64,000 nucleotides of DNA. Origin: the human T2T-CHM13v2.0 reference genome, Homo sapiens. Below are positions 44,509 through 64,000 of the stretch, in pieces. Each line of letters starts with the position of its first letter. Position 1 is the first letter of the stretch. The translations under genes were made by a program, and so were the position numbers. Under the pieces are notes generated by a model that was given only the letters and a program-made list of their open reading frames with translations, was not told where the DNA came from and did no database searches. The stretch lies in assembly GCF_009914755.1 (NCBI RefSeq), contig NC_060931.1; one strand, given 5' to 3'.

Positions 44509-45751
44509 TTAGTTGAGTCTTTTCAAAATATTTGAAGCACTTTCTCAGTTACTTCATTTTAAATAAAATGCTCTGAATGAGATCATACGCAAGCACCTAT
44601 GGGATGTCCTGGTGTTTCAAAATGGGCACTGGTGGCTTGGGATAAAATTTATTGTGACTCTGTCAGACGTGGATTCAAAACAGGCTGTATGTCCCACTAA
44701 CAGTGCATTAAAATGGCAGCTAGGGCCAGCTGTGGTGGCTCATACCTGCAATCCCAACGCTTTGGGAGACCAAGGCAGGTGGATCACCTGAGGTCAGGAG
44801 TTCGAGACCAGCCTGGCCAACATGGCGAAACCCCATCTCTACTACAAATACAAATATTAGCCGGGCTTGGTGGCGGGTGCCTGTAGTCCCAGCTACTCAG
44901 GAATCTGAGGTGAGAGAATCACTTGAACCCGGGAGGCAGAGGTTGCAGTTAGCTCTGATTGCGCCATTGCACTCCAGCTTGGGCAACACAGCGAGACTCT
45001 GTCTCAAAAAAAAAAAAAATAAATAAATAAAATAAGGCAGCTAAAATGCAGCACAGTGGTCCAGGTCCATTTCAGACAGAAACAGCAGTCAAACCCCCAT
45101 TCCTGTCTATTTTATTCTAAGCAAATTAATTTTCTCACTTAGACTGACATCAGCAAAAGCTTTAGTCTGTAGCATGTTCAAAATGAGATATATGTGACCA
45201 GGAGTTAGTAGAAATAAAACGTCCTTGTAGGCTGGGTGGGGTGGCTCATGCCTGTAATCCCAGAACTTTGGGATGCTAAGGTGGGCAGATCTCTTAAGCC
45301 CAGGAGTTTGACCCTCGCCTGGATGACATGATGAAACCCCATCTCTACAAAAAAATACAAAAGTTAGCCAGGCATGGTGGCATATGCCTGTAGTCTCAGC
45401 TACTTGGGAGGCTGAGGCGGGAGGAAGACTCTAGCCCAGGAGGCAGAGATTGCAGTGAGCCGGGAATGTGCCACTGCAGTCCAGCCTGGTCGACAGAGTG
45501 AGACTCTGTCTCAAACAATAATAACAACAACAAAAAAGAACCACCTCATATTCTTAAATAAGTTTAAATCCTGGAGCGCCAGTTGGCGTTATCTATGTTT
45601 TAGGAGTGCAGGAACAGGCAAGGTCCCAGGCTTGCTTTAGATAATGATAAACAGCACTGACTGCCACGCTGTTTTTAGGAGGTCTTAACCAATGTTTCCC
45701 TTCTTTCTCCTTCTCAAATGGCTGCTTCCTGACCTCCGCCTCCTGCTCCAG

Positions 45752-45797
45752 GATTTGCGCAAGCAGGTAGCACCACTGCTGAAGAGCTTCCATGGAG
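45752..45797 (+). pseudogene. CUX1: Isolated CUX1 early coding exon (exon 3) in a duplicated fragment; 2-nt deletion
   Basis: cctcctgctccag|GATTTGCGCAAGCAGGTAGCACCACTGCTGAAGAGCTTCCATGGAG|gtaagc = DLRKQVAPLLKSFHG versus CUX1/CASP DLRKQVAPLLKSFQGE; 46 nt rather than 48; no other CUX1 exon recognised. Confidence 0.9.
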
Positions 45798-46762
45798 GTA
45801 AGCTTTTCTATTCATTTTCTATCCTGAGCCACCCTTTGTGGCTAATCCATCTTTTCATTCATGTTAAAGAAATGCTCCAAGCAAAAGGTGCTGCCCTGCC
45901 CGGATGGTGCTTTCCCGGCTGCTCCAACCTAGCATGGTGCAGATTTTGTGCTCTGTGATGTGATTTTCCATTGGGTCCTTGGTGAAAGCCCTCCTGGAAA
46001 AGGAACCTATGCTCAGAATATACAGAGGTGGGTGGATTCCAAGCAGAAGCACCCCATGTGGTGGCAATGGGCAGGTAGTTTGTGCCACAGCCTTTAGGAG
46101 CCCTTACGTCCCCTCCAGGAAGTTGCCTTGTTCCCTGAGCTGGTCTGGGACTGCCACTGCCATGAGTGTGTGCTGTAAGTGTGGTGCTTTGGTGAGAGGC
46201 TGGCGGGGGCACAGGGATGCCACTTGATCGCGGGCTTGAAACCCAGAGCATCAGGCAGAAACCACAAGGAGGAAGTCTGAGCTCGGTAAAAGGAAGCGGT
46301 TTCTAACAGATCCTTCCAGAGAAGGACGGAGCCATCTGGCAGATGGCACGTGGGTGCCAAATCACCTGGGATATCTGCCCTGGCTACCTGTTAGTGGGAA
46401 CAGCAGCCACAGAGGAGACTGGGCTCCATGTGGGTGACACTTCTTGCCAGCCCTTTGCGTAAAGATTGAGTGATGTTTAGTAAACCAGAAATTATACTGT
46501 TGAGGATTTACTGAATCTCACCTCTTTACCTTCTCCGTTGGAAAAACAGAATGGGGAATCATACCAAGCTGATAAGAAAAGGAAAGGAGACATTTCCAAA
46601 GCCCCTGAAAGAGCCCATATTGGTACAGTTTTAGGATTTTTTTTTTTTTTTTTGAGACAGAGTCTTGCATTGTCGCCCAGGCGGCAGTGCAGTGGCGTGA
46701 TCTTGGCTCACTGCAACTTCCACCTTCTGGGTTCAAGTAATTTTCCTGTCTCAGCCTCCTGA

Positions 46763-47038
<276 letters not shown>

Positions 47039-47559
47039 TGATGTGGGCCTTATATGGAAGGCTGGGTTCCTGGGCCCAGAGCTCCAGGGCAAGCAGTCAG
47101 GCTTCCATGTGGGAAATTCTTCAGCTGGGAGCGAGAGCAGGGAGTGAGTAAATGAAGGAGGCTGGGGATATTGTAGCCAGAGACAGAGAGGCAATTTCAG
47201 GACCTCAAAAGGGACCAGCCTAGAAAGAAGACACAGTGGTTGGTGATGGCTGGAAATTTTAGAGGGTAGAACAGTGCTCCTCTCTTATTATCTTCTTCCT
47301 GCCTCATTCAGCCCCCATGCAGGTAGCTTGGTCCGGCCAGCAGGACACCCACATCCCAGGGCTTGGATGGACTTGAACAGTCTTTTTCTCGAACTTCATC
47401 TCCAAGCTGGCACTTGATGAGTGAAACTGTTACCTGACACCTACCCACATTTGTTCTTACCTGTTCTGTTACCTATTCCGTAGATTTTGAGAGACCCACT
47501 GGCTTCCTAGTTCTCTAGCTCAAAGAGTTCAGTGTGGTTTTGGGGTGTTTGCTTTTCTT

Positions 47560-48270
<711 letters not shown>

Positions 48271-48819
48271 AGATCTGTCTATCAATTCATCATCTGTTTT
48301 ATGATTTTCTATTTTAAAAAGTTTTTTTTTTTTTTTTTTTTTTGAGACAGGGTCTCACTCCGTAACCCAGGCTGCAGTGCAATGGTGCCATCATGGCTCG
48401 CTGCAGCCTCCACTTCCTGGGCTCAGCAATCCTCTTGACTTAGCACTCCCCAGTGCCGCCCCCCCCACCCCCCCCATAGCTGGGACTATATGTGTGCACC
48501 ACCACTTCCGGCTAATTTGTTTTTATTTTTGGTAGAGACACAGTTTCAATATGTTGCCTAGGCTTGTCTCAACATCCCAGGCTCAAGTCATCATGCCTGG
48601 CCTGGAAGTGGTTTTTCAAATATTTTACTTCCATCCTCTTATTATGATGTGTTGCTATTAAAAAGGTGATCATGCCTGTAATCCCAGCACTTTGGAAGAC
48701 AAGGCAGGAGGATCGCTTGACCCCAGGAGATAGAGAGCAGCCTGGCCAATATAGTGAGACCCCGTCTCAGGCTCAAGCCTGTAATCCCAGCACTCTGGGA
48801 GGCCAAGGTGGGTGGATCA

Positions 48820-49089
<270 letters not shown>

Positions 49090-49589
49090 TTACTTATAAT
49101 TATTATAACAAAATCATAAAATGCAACTCACACAGAAATTAGAGCTATTTATGATCAGTTGATTGATTATGATACCTAATTTTGGGTGTTTCACAAGCCC
49201 AACAAATTGATGGGTGGTGTGGAGGAGGTGTACCCTTAATATTCAGTCCAATTTAAAGCTTATTCTAGTCCAACAATAATTTAGACAATCCATTCAGCAA
49301 AGTAATACACACACCCTCTAGGAAAATGCTGTCTTCCTACCTTGTTTGGCCAATCCTTACTTCTCTCCCTAAGAAGGGTCATGGTGTGGAAGGTTGAGGG
49401 GATGAGGAGCTGGCTCAGAGAACCTCTTGGTAGTAGGGGAGAAAGTGTCCTCAGAGAAGAAAATCCTCTTAAGAAATAACATGAGTACTCAGAGAAGAAA
49501 TGAAAGACTAGCAATCTATGAACTAAGCATCAGCTTTATAAAAGTACAGTAGGCTGGTATGATGGCTCCTGCCTGTAGTCCCAGCAACA

Positions 49590-52870
<3,281 letters not shown>

Positions 52871-52984
52871 ATTAATAACAGAAAAGCATATGGATTTATT
52901 TACTGAATGTTATGAGCTCTGTATACCCAGTGCCTCTCCCTCATAAGCATTAAATAAGTGTTTATTGGGTGGGTGGATGGAAGC

Positions 52985-53090
52985 ATCATCCTTATCTTAC
53001 AGATAAAAGGACTAAGCCTGAGAGAGGACCCCAAGTCACACAGGTCATAATGGCAGGAGTGGGCCTCGATTCTGGGGCCATCTGGCATCC
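52985..53090 (+). mobile_element. MIR SINE fragment
   Basis: ATCCTTATCTTACAGATAAAAGGACTAAGCCTGAGAGAG..CCCAAGTCACACAG core. Confidence 0.7.
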
Positions 53091-53312
53091 CAGAAGTGCT
53101 AACGTTGATGTGCTCTGATACTGCTTGAGTCGGGAGGAAGCAATGCCTTCAGCCCCTCCCTGATCTCAGCCAACCTCTCCAGTCTTTGATTGGCAATTTG
53201 AGAGGCTGAGGCAGGTGGATCACTTGAGCCCAGGACCTCCAGACCAGCCTGGGCAACATAGTGAAACCCCGTCTCTACCAAAAAATGCAAAAATTAGCCA
53301 AGCGTGGTATCA

Positions 53313-53441
<129 letters not shown>

Positions 53442-55054
53442 CTATTAAAAAAAAAAAAGATTGATGTTCATCTTGTGCACAGTGCTCTGCAAACCCTCCC
53501 TGAAGCCCCCTTCCCTTCTAACCAGCCCCTCCTAGATAAATTCTGGAGCTTGGTGCATTGTCTCATGTGGACATCCATAACTGTGTCCATGCATTTTGCT
53601 ACAACCAAGATCTGCATCGTTGGAAGGAGTGGGACCCAGGTTAACTGTGAATTTCATCACAGTATCACCTGCTGGCATGGCCTGAGGGAGGGACCAAGGA
53701 ATGATCTGAAATTTCCCTTTGTGCTGAATGTCTCCCTTACATGCAGTGTGCTGGGCCACATTCAGAGCTGCATGCAGGACGTGCTCTCAGAGGCTGGGTT
53801 TTACTCTCTGGTCTTCATTCAACACAAACTTTTCGGGAGCCTCCTTCTTCCAGCTATGGGCCAAACAGTAGCTAAAGATGTCACGTTGAATACAATCGAA
53901 TAGGACCCTGCTATTCTAATGAAGGAAAACTGATGATAAACACAAAAGGCAATGTTAGATGGTGCCAGGTGCTGTGAGGGAGACATGCTAGGTCTCGGGG
54001 TAGAGTGGGAAGAGATGGTAGCGGCTTCTTCAGTCATCCAGGGAGGCCTCTCCAGGGAGGACAACAGAACATCAGAGGGAAGAAGCAAGGAGAACCAACC
54101 ACACTCAGAGCTGGGCAAGAGCATCAGGAAGATGGGGGCAGCGAGTGCCAGGGCTCTGCAGGGATGGGCTTGCCTGTCAGGGAGCAATACCAAGGAAGTT
54201 AGTAGGCCCGGGTCATGACAGGGCCTTGTAGGCAGAACCCTTAGGTCTCTTTGAAGGAGACCCTTTGGTCTCCCCTTTGAACTAGACCCTTTCAAACAGG
54301 TACAGTAGAAAGCAAATACCCCATGGGCACTGGCAGGATGATTCGACAGAGTCTAATCAAATAATAGGGGAAATAGAGAAAGTTGGGTGAACTACAACAG
54401 TGTATGACTGAGTTAAAAGTAACTACAAGTCTGCTTCCCATCTTGCAGCCCATATCTGCTGAGCAGTAACATATTTAAGCATTCAGATTTAAAGCATATT
54501 GCTGAATAAAGCCAAGGTGTCCATGTGGTTCACTCCAAAGAGCATTTCACAGGAAGCTGGTCCAGGCGCTGCTGCCCACCACCTCTGTGACCTTGGGTGA
54601 GTCTTGGGGCCTCTTTCTGCCAGAATTTTCTCATCTGTAAAACAAGTGGGTTACCCAGATCCTCCCCCAAGGAGCTCCATAGCTCTGAAACCTCATGAGA
54701 CTCACTGGAGCAGTACTTTGGTTGACTATCACCAGCAGAACCAAAGAGGATGTTTTCCAGCAATGTAGATATGTTCAAAAATAGGGTAAGCTGACCAGGC
54801 ACGGTAGCTCATGCCTGTAATCCCAGCACTTTGGGAGGCTGAGGTGGGTGGGTCACAAGGTCAGGAGTTCAAGACCAGCCTGGTCAACATAGTAAAACCC
54901 CGTCTCTACTAAAAATACAAAAAAAAAAAAAAATTAGCCAGGTGTGGTGGTGGGTGCCTGTAGTCCCAGCTACCTGGGAGGCTGAAACAGGAGAATTGCT
55001 TGGATGACCACCTGCCAGGGAGATTGTCACCTCTTATCTATTTTTTTTTTTTGA

Positions 55055-55216
<162 letters not shown>

Positions 55217-55471
55217 TAGTAGAGATGGGGTTTCACCATGTTGTTCAGGCTGGTCTTGAACTCCTGGCCTCAAGTGATCCACCTGCCTTGGCCTCCTGAA
55301 GTGCTGGGATTACAAGTGTGAGCCACCATGCCCTGCCTTATCCATCCTTCTAAATGCCAGATCCTCCAAGTCTTCCCAAAATAGCCAGAAACAGATTCTT
55401 CCTCTTCTGATCTCTGAGACAGCTTCATTTATACCTCCCTTTTAATTTTTTTTTTTTTTTTTTTTTTTTAG

Positions 55472-55636
<165 letters not shown>

Positions 55637-55814
55637 TAGTAGAGACAGGGTTTCACCATGTTGGCCAGGCTGGTCTCAAACTCCTGATCTCAAGTGATCT
55701 GCCTAGTGGTTAGGATTCAGCACTCCCTCTCCCTTTTGGTTTTGAGCCTGAAGACATTCTGCCCCTATAGTTACTTACCAAGGCCTTATGCTTCTAACAT
55801 GTAGAAGGGAGGGT

Positions 55815-55868
55815 ATGTGTGTGTGTGTGTGTGAATGTGTGTGTGAGTGTGTGTGTATGTGTATGTGT
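55815..55868. repeat. Interrupted (TG)n microsatellite
   Basis: Direct inspection. Confidence 0.9.
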
Positions 55869-55963
55869 CTTTGCACCTATTTCCATCCCCATCTTGACAG
55901 TACTTAGCTAGTACTGCATTAAGTGTCATGGGTGAAATAGGATTAGAGAAGGTTGGACTAGAT

Positions 55964-56156
55964 CAGTGGCTCCCAAAGCTGCTGCTGCATCAGACCAGTG
56001 CTGCACTGGCCCTATGAAAATTGCTCACGTGTTTCCAGAAATACAGCTCCTACCCTGACATTCTGGTGTAGAAGGCCTGGGGTGGAATCTTAGAACCTGT
56101 ACTTCTTCAAAGCCCACCTCTGATGCTCATGCACTGCTAGTTATAGGAACCACTGG
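55964..56156. mobile_element. MER5A-like hAT-Charlie MITE
   Basis: Terminal inverted ends CAGTGGCTCCCAAA...GGAACCACTG; internal GGCCTGGGGTGGAATCTTAGAACCTGTACTTCT. Confidence 0.7.
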
Positions 56157-56504
56157 GCTTGGTTCCCTGAAAGAGCTCTTTTTGCTGGTATCAAGTTCTG
56201 TGACTAGTTCTGCCCACTCAAGCTTCTTAGATTGGTATGTTAGGAGCTCCATGACTTGCCTTTGAAATATTTTTCCAGCTTCAAATTCCTGGGCTTCTAC
56301 TCTGGCTGAACTGGCCTGTGTATTATGAGTCACCTGAACATACTTTTTGATTTCCTGAAGCCTCTGTTATTGTTAAGAGCCTTTTGCTGTTCCCTACCTA
56401 TAAAACTCATTTCCATCCTTTAGAGCTGAACCGAAAGTCTGTCTCCTTTGACCATTTTCCTGACCATCTCAACCTATTTCTAACTTTTTCCCTCTTTTTT
56501 TATC

Positions 56505-58540
<2,036 letters not shown>

Positions 58541-60831
58541 TCTTTTCCCCTCTTTCCAGCCCACTCTTCTATGAGATTGCACACGCTTTGAGGGCCTGTA
58601 TCTCGTCTTAGATGCTTTATCTATTCTTTGCCTTATGGAACTGGTTATGTAAAACATTCTTAGCTGAACATCCCCCTGCCTCTTGCCTTCTCCTTGTAAA
58701 TGAATACTTATTGAGTGCTGCATGTGAGCAACTAGTTCGGTTAGTTTGGTTTCTAGATGCCCACAAGCAAAATAGGCCAGTGTCCTGCTGGGAGTAGGGA
58801 GAGGTTGTCTGGGTCTTCTTTGGGTTTGGGGCCAGACAGGTGACTGTGGAGCAGGCCAGGCACTCTGGGGACAGGATGATGCATTCTGGCTGGAGGATAC
58901 AGGGAGGCTTTCCAGGGACCCTAACACAGCCTGCTGCCCTGGACCCTTGCTGGGTAACTTCCTTCTCACCCAGCATGTATGTCTGCAGGCTCTTGGGCCT
59001 TCTGCGGTGGTGGAGGTGACAGTGGTGGCAGCTGTGGTGGTCACCGTGGTGATGTGGCTGCTGTACTGTCATTATCTTAGGGCAAAACCCACAGGCCTGA
59101 TGCACACAGTGTCTCCCTGTATGTTCGCACCATGATGGCTCAATTAGGGACCCATCGAACTGCGGCTCAACATTCAGGCCAGGTGCATAATTGAAAGCAC
59201 ATTTTCTCCTCCGAAGCTGCAGATGGTTTGGTTCTTCTGCTCATAGAGAAAGGGATCTAACCTTGTATAATATAGGAACTGAACAGCTGAGAGAGAAGCC
59301 AAATTCAATTTCAGTCAGATATGTTGAGGCTAAGTCCATGATCTATGGAAGCAGGGGCAGGAGCCATGCACCTGTGGAAAGGGGTGCCCTCAGCACTCTA
59401 TTAATCATGGCTGCCCACCCGGTGCTGCCACCACTGCCTGGTGCCACTGCACCCGTGCGCCCCCTCCAATGCGGGCTGGAGCGCAGCCAAGCACTCCAGA
59501 AGTTAACCTCTGAAAGACCCAGAGCTGCTTTCTGTTGAATAAATGTAATTTTGTGGTCAGAAATAAATGTTTGTGATATACTAGGAGCTTTGAAAACAAT
59601 GGCAAGCTGGAGCGATTACAATTCGATAAAAGTTCTATGAAGCCATTGTATGTAATGAACAATCCAGAGCAAATCTAATATTTTCAGTGGATAATTATTT
59701 TTAACATCCTCTCAGTAACCGCTGGTAGATTTCTTGGATGTTTACAGCTCGAACTCAGGCAAGGTGGGCCTTCCCAGCTGTCATTTGGCGTCTCTGCCGG
59801 GGGACCTGCTCCAGGGACCCAGCTGCCTGCATGGCTCCTGAACATGGGGCTCTGGACCTGGGGTTCAGGCTGCCAAGGAAGGGTGCATGGTGGATGTTAA
59901 TTAAGTTTACTAAAGTTCCATCAATTTAATACAGTCATTCCTTAAGTGAAACTGACACCAAGGACCAGATGGCCGAAAGAAGCCCACGTTCCTGTGTGTG
60001 GTTCTGAGGAGGGAGCATAGGATGCAGTTTGATAACAGCTGAGAGCCCTGAGGAGTTTGTTGCTGGATGTGGACTATTCCACGTCTCGTCCCTCCCCAAG
60101 TTTTCTTCCAATGGTGTCACAGCTCCCTTTGCTAATAATATTTTACACAGAATTTTACATCCACAAAGCACCATTTCAATGATCTCACTCACTCTTCCTC
60201 ACCACCCTGTGCTGGGGGCATCATCGCCATTCTCAGTTACCAACAAGAGGGGTTGCAGAGAGTCCAAGGGGCAAGGCAGGGGCTCCCAGCTCCAGGCTCC
60301 GGCCTCTCCTCCCCTCCACCCTCTTCTGGTCCTGTCCTGAAATCTTTGGCTCCCTTGAACCTTGTTATGCCCAGGCATATGCCACCCTCATGCCACTGTA
60401 TTCCCACCACCTCCAACAACTGTCCCTAGCCTGATGGGGTCACATGCTTGTCCAGTCCCCTGCACAGAAAAGCCTCATGGACAGCCCTGAGAGATCAGAA
60501 ATAGACTGAACAGGGTCACTCCGTTGGAAGGGGTGGTAGTAATAGAACCCAGGTGTTTGAACTCTGTCTAATATTCCTTCCACTCTCTCACATACACATA
60601 CACACATACATGCACACAAGGGCACATGACCACTACTAATCAAATAAAAAAAATCAGTTGGGCACGACGGCTTATGCCTGTAATCCCAGCAATTTGGGAG
60701 GCCAAGGCAGGCAAATTACCTGAGGTCAGGAGTTTGAGACCAGCCTGGCCAACATGGTGAAACCCCATCTCTACTAAAAATACAAAAATTAGCTGGGCAT
60801 GGTGGGACATGCCTGTCATCCCAGCTACTCA

Positions 60832-61080
<249 letters not shown>

Positions 61081-62701
61081 CTAAGTATAAATTTCCTGAG
61101 CCTTCTAAGTTCCAGCCAGGTGGGCCGGAGGTCACCGAGATCTCTCCTCACTGGGGGACGGAATAGGCCTCTCCCTGCTTTGCTGCTGTTCTTTGGCCTT
61201 GTCCCCTGCCTCCTTTCCTGGACCACCTACAAGGACCTAGAGGGAACAGTACTGGGGGCAGGAGCTGGGAAAGGCCTGCTGTGGTTCACTGCTAGTAAGA
61301 AATAGAGACTCACTCAGAGAAATTTCCTGAAACACAGCAGACTCTTGGCGCAGCCCTTTGAGCAGATGAAGGAGGACAAGAAGAAGAACATCCCTCAGCT
61401 CCAGCTGCATGCCAGAAACTTCACTTACATTATCTCATTTCATCTGCACAGCAGCTCAGCCCAGAGTGGAGAGGAGTAAATTGGCCCAGAAAGATCAAGT
61501 AACTTCCTTGGAGCTTGTCAGCGTTGAGTGGAAACTTGGACTCTGATGTCGAACTCCAAACCCCATGCTTATTCTGTAAAGCCTGAAAAGTGTCTTGGAA
61601 TTGCTTTAGAAGTAGGAGAAGAGGGGAACCCTGTGACATTACACTGTCTTCCAGCATAACAAGAAAAGAGAAACCAGCTGGGTGCGGTAGCTCACACCTG
61701 TAATCCCAGCACTTGGAGAGGCAGAGGCAGGAGGATCACTTGAGCCCAGGAGTTTGAGTCCAGCCAGGGCAAAATAGTAAGACCTCATCTCTACCAAAGG
61801 AAAAAAAAAGGAAAGAAAAAGAGAAACCCATGAAATTATCCATGGGTACATAGGAAGGGAGAGAACCTAGGGCTGTGGGAGGAATGACTGCAGTCCTACC
61901 CTGGGAAACAGCTTTGCTTTTCGGGGAGCCCCTTGGTAATTGAGGACTTAGGAGAGCAAGTCTGGCCCTGAGATGTGGGACCAGGCAACCTCACAGAGCA
62001 CACATCAGCAGATAAGGGCCATCGCTCTAAGAACACAGTCTTGTCCCAGTGCAGGTACAAGGAGGGCTCAGAAGTCTGGCTGGGAGCATTCCTGCCATCC
62101 CTACTGAGGAGCCGCCACTGTGGACCAGGACACCCCATGGGTATAGGAGCAGACTCCCAGAGTATAGACACTGCTTTTCTTTTCACAGTCTCCCGAATTT
62201 TCTCTTGGGTTCCTGCTTAGAGGAGCAGAGAAAACCAAACCGACAAATCGCCAATCTTGGAGTCAGATCTGGATTTGAATTCTGACATCATCATTTGCCA
62301 GCCGTGACTTTGAATATCACGTGTCCACTTCTCTATCCCATCCATATAACAGGAAATCTCTCTTGCAGAGCAGAGACAAGCACATGTTTAAAGATGATGG
62401 TATAAAAGCAGTGCTGGATAGGAGCTGGTAGCTAGTTATTGATCATAGAACCCTCCAGGTCCTTTAACCACTTCAATAGCTGTACTCTTCGAGGATTTAA
62501 CCTTCTGGGGCTCTCCCTGTATCCCTGTCCCATCCACACTCCAGAGTAACCTCATCTAGGCCATTTGGGGCTGGCAGTTCCAAATTTTTGCCTCTGGCCT
62601 GGGCCTGTCATCCAACGTCAGGCCTCCCTTTGGGCACCTAATAATCTTCACTTCTCATGTAAACACGGGCACCTCTGCATGCCCCATTTCAGGAGCGGTA
62701 A

Positions 62702-62956
<255 letters not shown>

Positions 62957-63474
62957 TGACCCTGTGAATTCTATTTCCCTAACCTCGCTGGAATCAGCCT
63001 CCTCCCTTTCCTGGACTGGTCTGTCTACCACCAGTTGCCATCTAGTCCTAAGTGATCACTTCATGCCCCTCCTCAGTTGACATCCTCAGGGACTCTCCTT
63101 CAGCATCAAGCTGCCACCCTCAGATGTGGTCCCCTGCACCTCCCTCCACAGGCTGGCCCCTGCCTGCCTCCTCACCTCACATCTCCCCAGTCACCTCCTC
63201 TGCTCCAAGGCATGGCAGGTTCCTGCCCTTCTCTGAACAGGCCACTCTGTTTGAACATGTCTCTGTGTCTTTAAATAGCCCTCTTTTCCCCACTGAAGCC
63301 CTGTCCCTCCCACCACGAATAAAGATGATCTTTGTCTTCTTTAAAACTTGCCATAAGTTTGCAAAACACAGGATGCAGTCTGTAATAGCCTATCATTTGT
63401 ATTTGAAAAAAAAAAAATGGGGCCAGGCATGGTGGCTCATGCCTGTAATCCCAGCGCTTTGAGAGGCTGAGGTG

Positions 63475-63816
63475 TGTTGGGAGAAAAGCTGAGTGTTGGG
63501 AGAGAAGCTGAGGCTTGCATGTCTGCTAGACTTGCTGGCTCCTTGCTTCTAGCACTCATGTTATCTCAAGCAGCCATATGTTTCTTATTCATTTGATACA
63601 CTGTTTCCTTTCAATCCCCACATCCTCACCACCTGTTTGTTTGTTTGAGCACCAATAAATAGCATGGGCTCCCAGAGCTCAGGGCCTTTGCAGCCTCCAC
63701 ACTCGTGATGGCCCCCTGGTCCCACTTTCTCTCTCAAACTGTCTTTTTCTCATACCTATGACTCCACTGGACTTCGTCGCCCCCACGACCTGGTGTTGGG
63801 TCTGATCACCCCAACA
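63475..63816 (+). mobile_element. Solo ERVK LTR (LTR14A-like, HERV-K14/HML-1) inserted into an Alu
   Basis: TGTTGGG...CCCAACA inverted termini, internal AATAAA at ~63654, 6-bp target-site duplication GAGGTG (63469-63474) / GAGGCG (63817-63822); the host Alu resumes in register. Confidence 0.88.
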
Positions 63817-64000
63817 GAGGCGGGCGTATTACCTGAGCTCAGGAGTTTGAGACAAGGCTGGCCAACATGGGGAAACCCCGTCTTTACTAAAATACAGAAA
63901 ATTAGCCGGGCATGGTGGCAGGCCCCTGTAGTCCCAGCTACTCAGGGTACGAGAATCAGAGGCAGGAGAATCATTTGAATCTGGGAGGCAAAGGTTGCAG

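Noticed and set aside
45593-45793. Minus-strand coiled-coil-looking ORF MEALQQWCYLLAQILEQEAEVRKQ
   Set aside because: It is the antisense shadow of the CUX1 exon and its polypyrimidine tract.

Overview
Primate (very probably human) euchromatic DNA with about 100 Alu copies or fragments (eye count) and no intact protein-coding gene; nearly all ORF-track entries are Alu or simple-repeat artefacts. Bases ~1-18270 form a mosaic segmental-duplication block. It holds one GTF2I exon (3003-3061, -), three disabled PHKG1 exons in scrambled order 3-4-2 (10605-12586, -) and two diverged direct copies of one segment (A ~3178-10270, B ~13548-18269). Each copy carries a CpG promoter cassette built on a 24-25 bp tandem array of CRE-like sites: 7 units plus an intact NRF1 site in B, 4 units and a decayed NRF1 site in A. 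The junctions between A and B record an Alu-Alu deletion, a microhomology deletion, an Alu-anchored inversion and a templated insertion. The rest is repeat-rich non-coding DNA with an isolated, frameshifted CUX1 exon (45752-45797, +), a 56-bp minisatellite, an 84-bp tandem duplication, a templated-insertion scar (57837-58121) and a HERV-K-type solo LTR inside an Alu. The GTF2I/PHKG1/CUX1 mix points to the chromosome 7 duplication network. From memory, the GTF2IP7 region at 7q11.23 is the best candidate locus, but this is unverified. I see no convincing wholly new biological system; the most novel-looking element is the duplicated promoter with a copy-number-variable CRE array.
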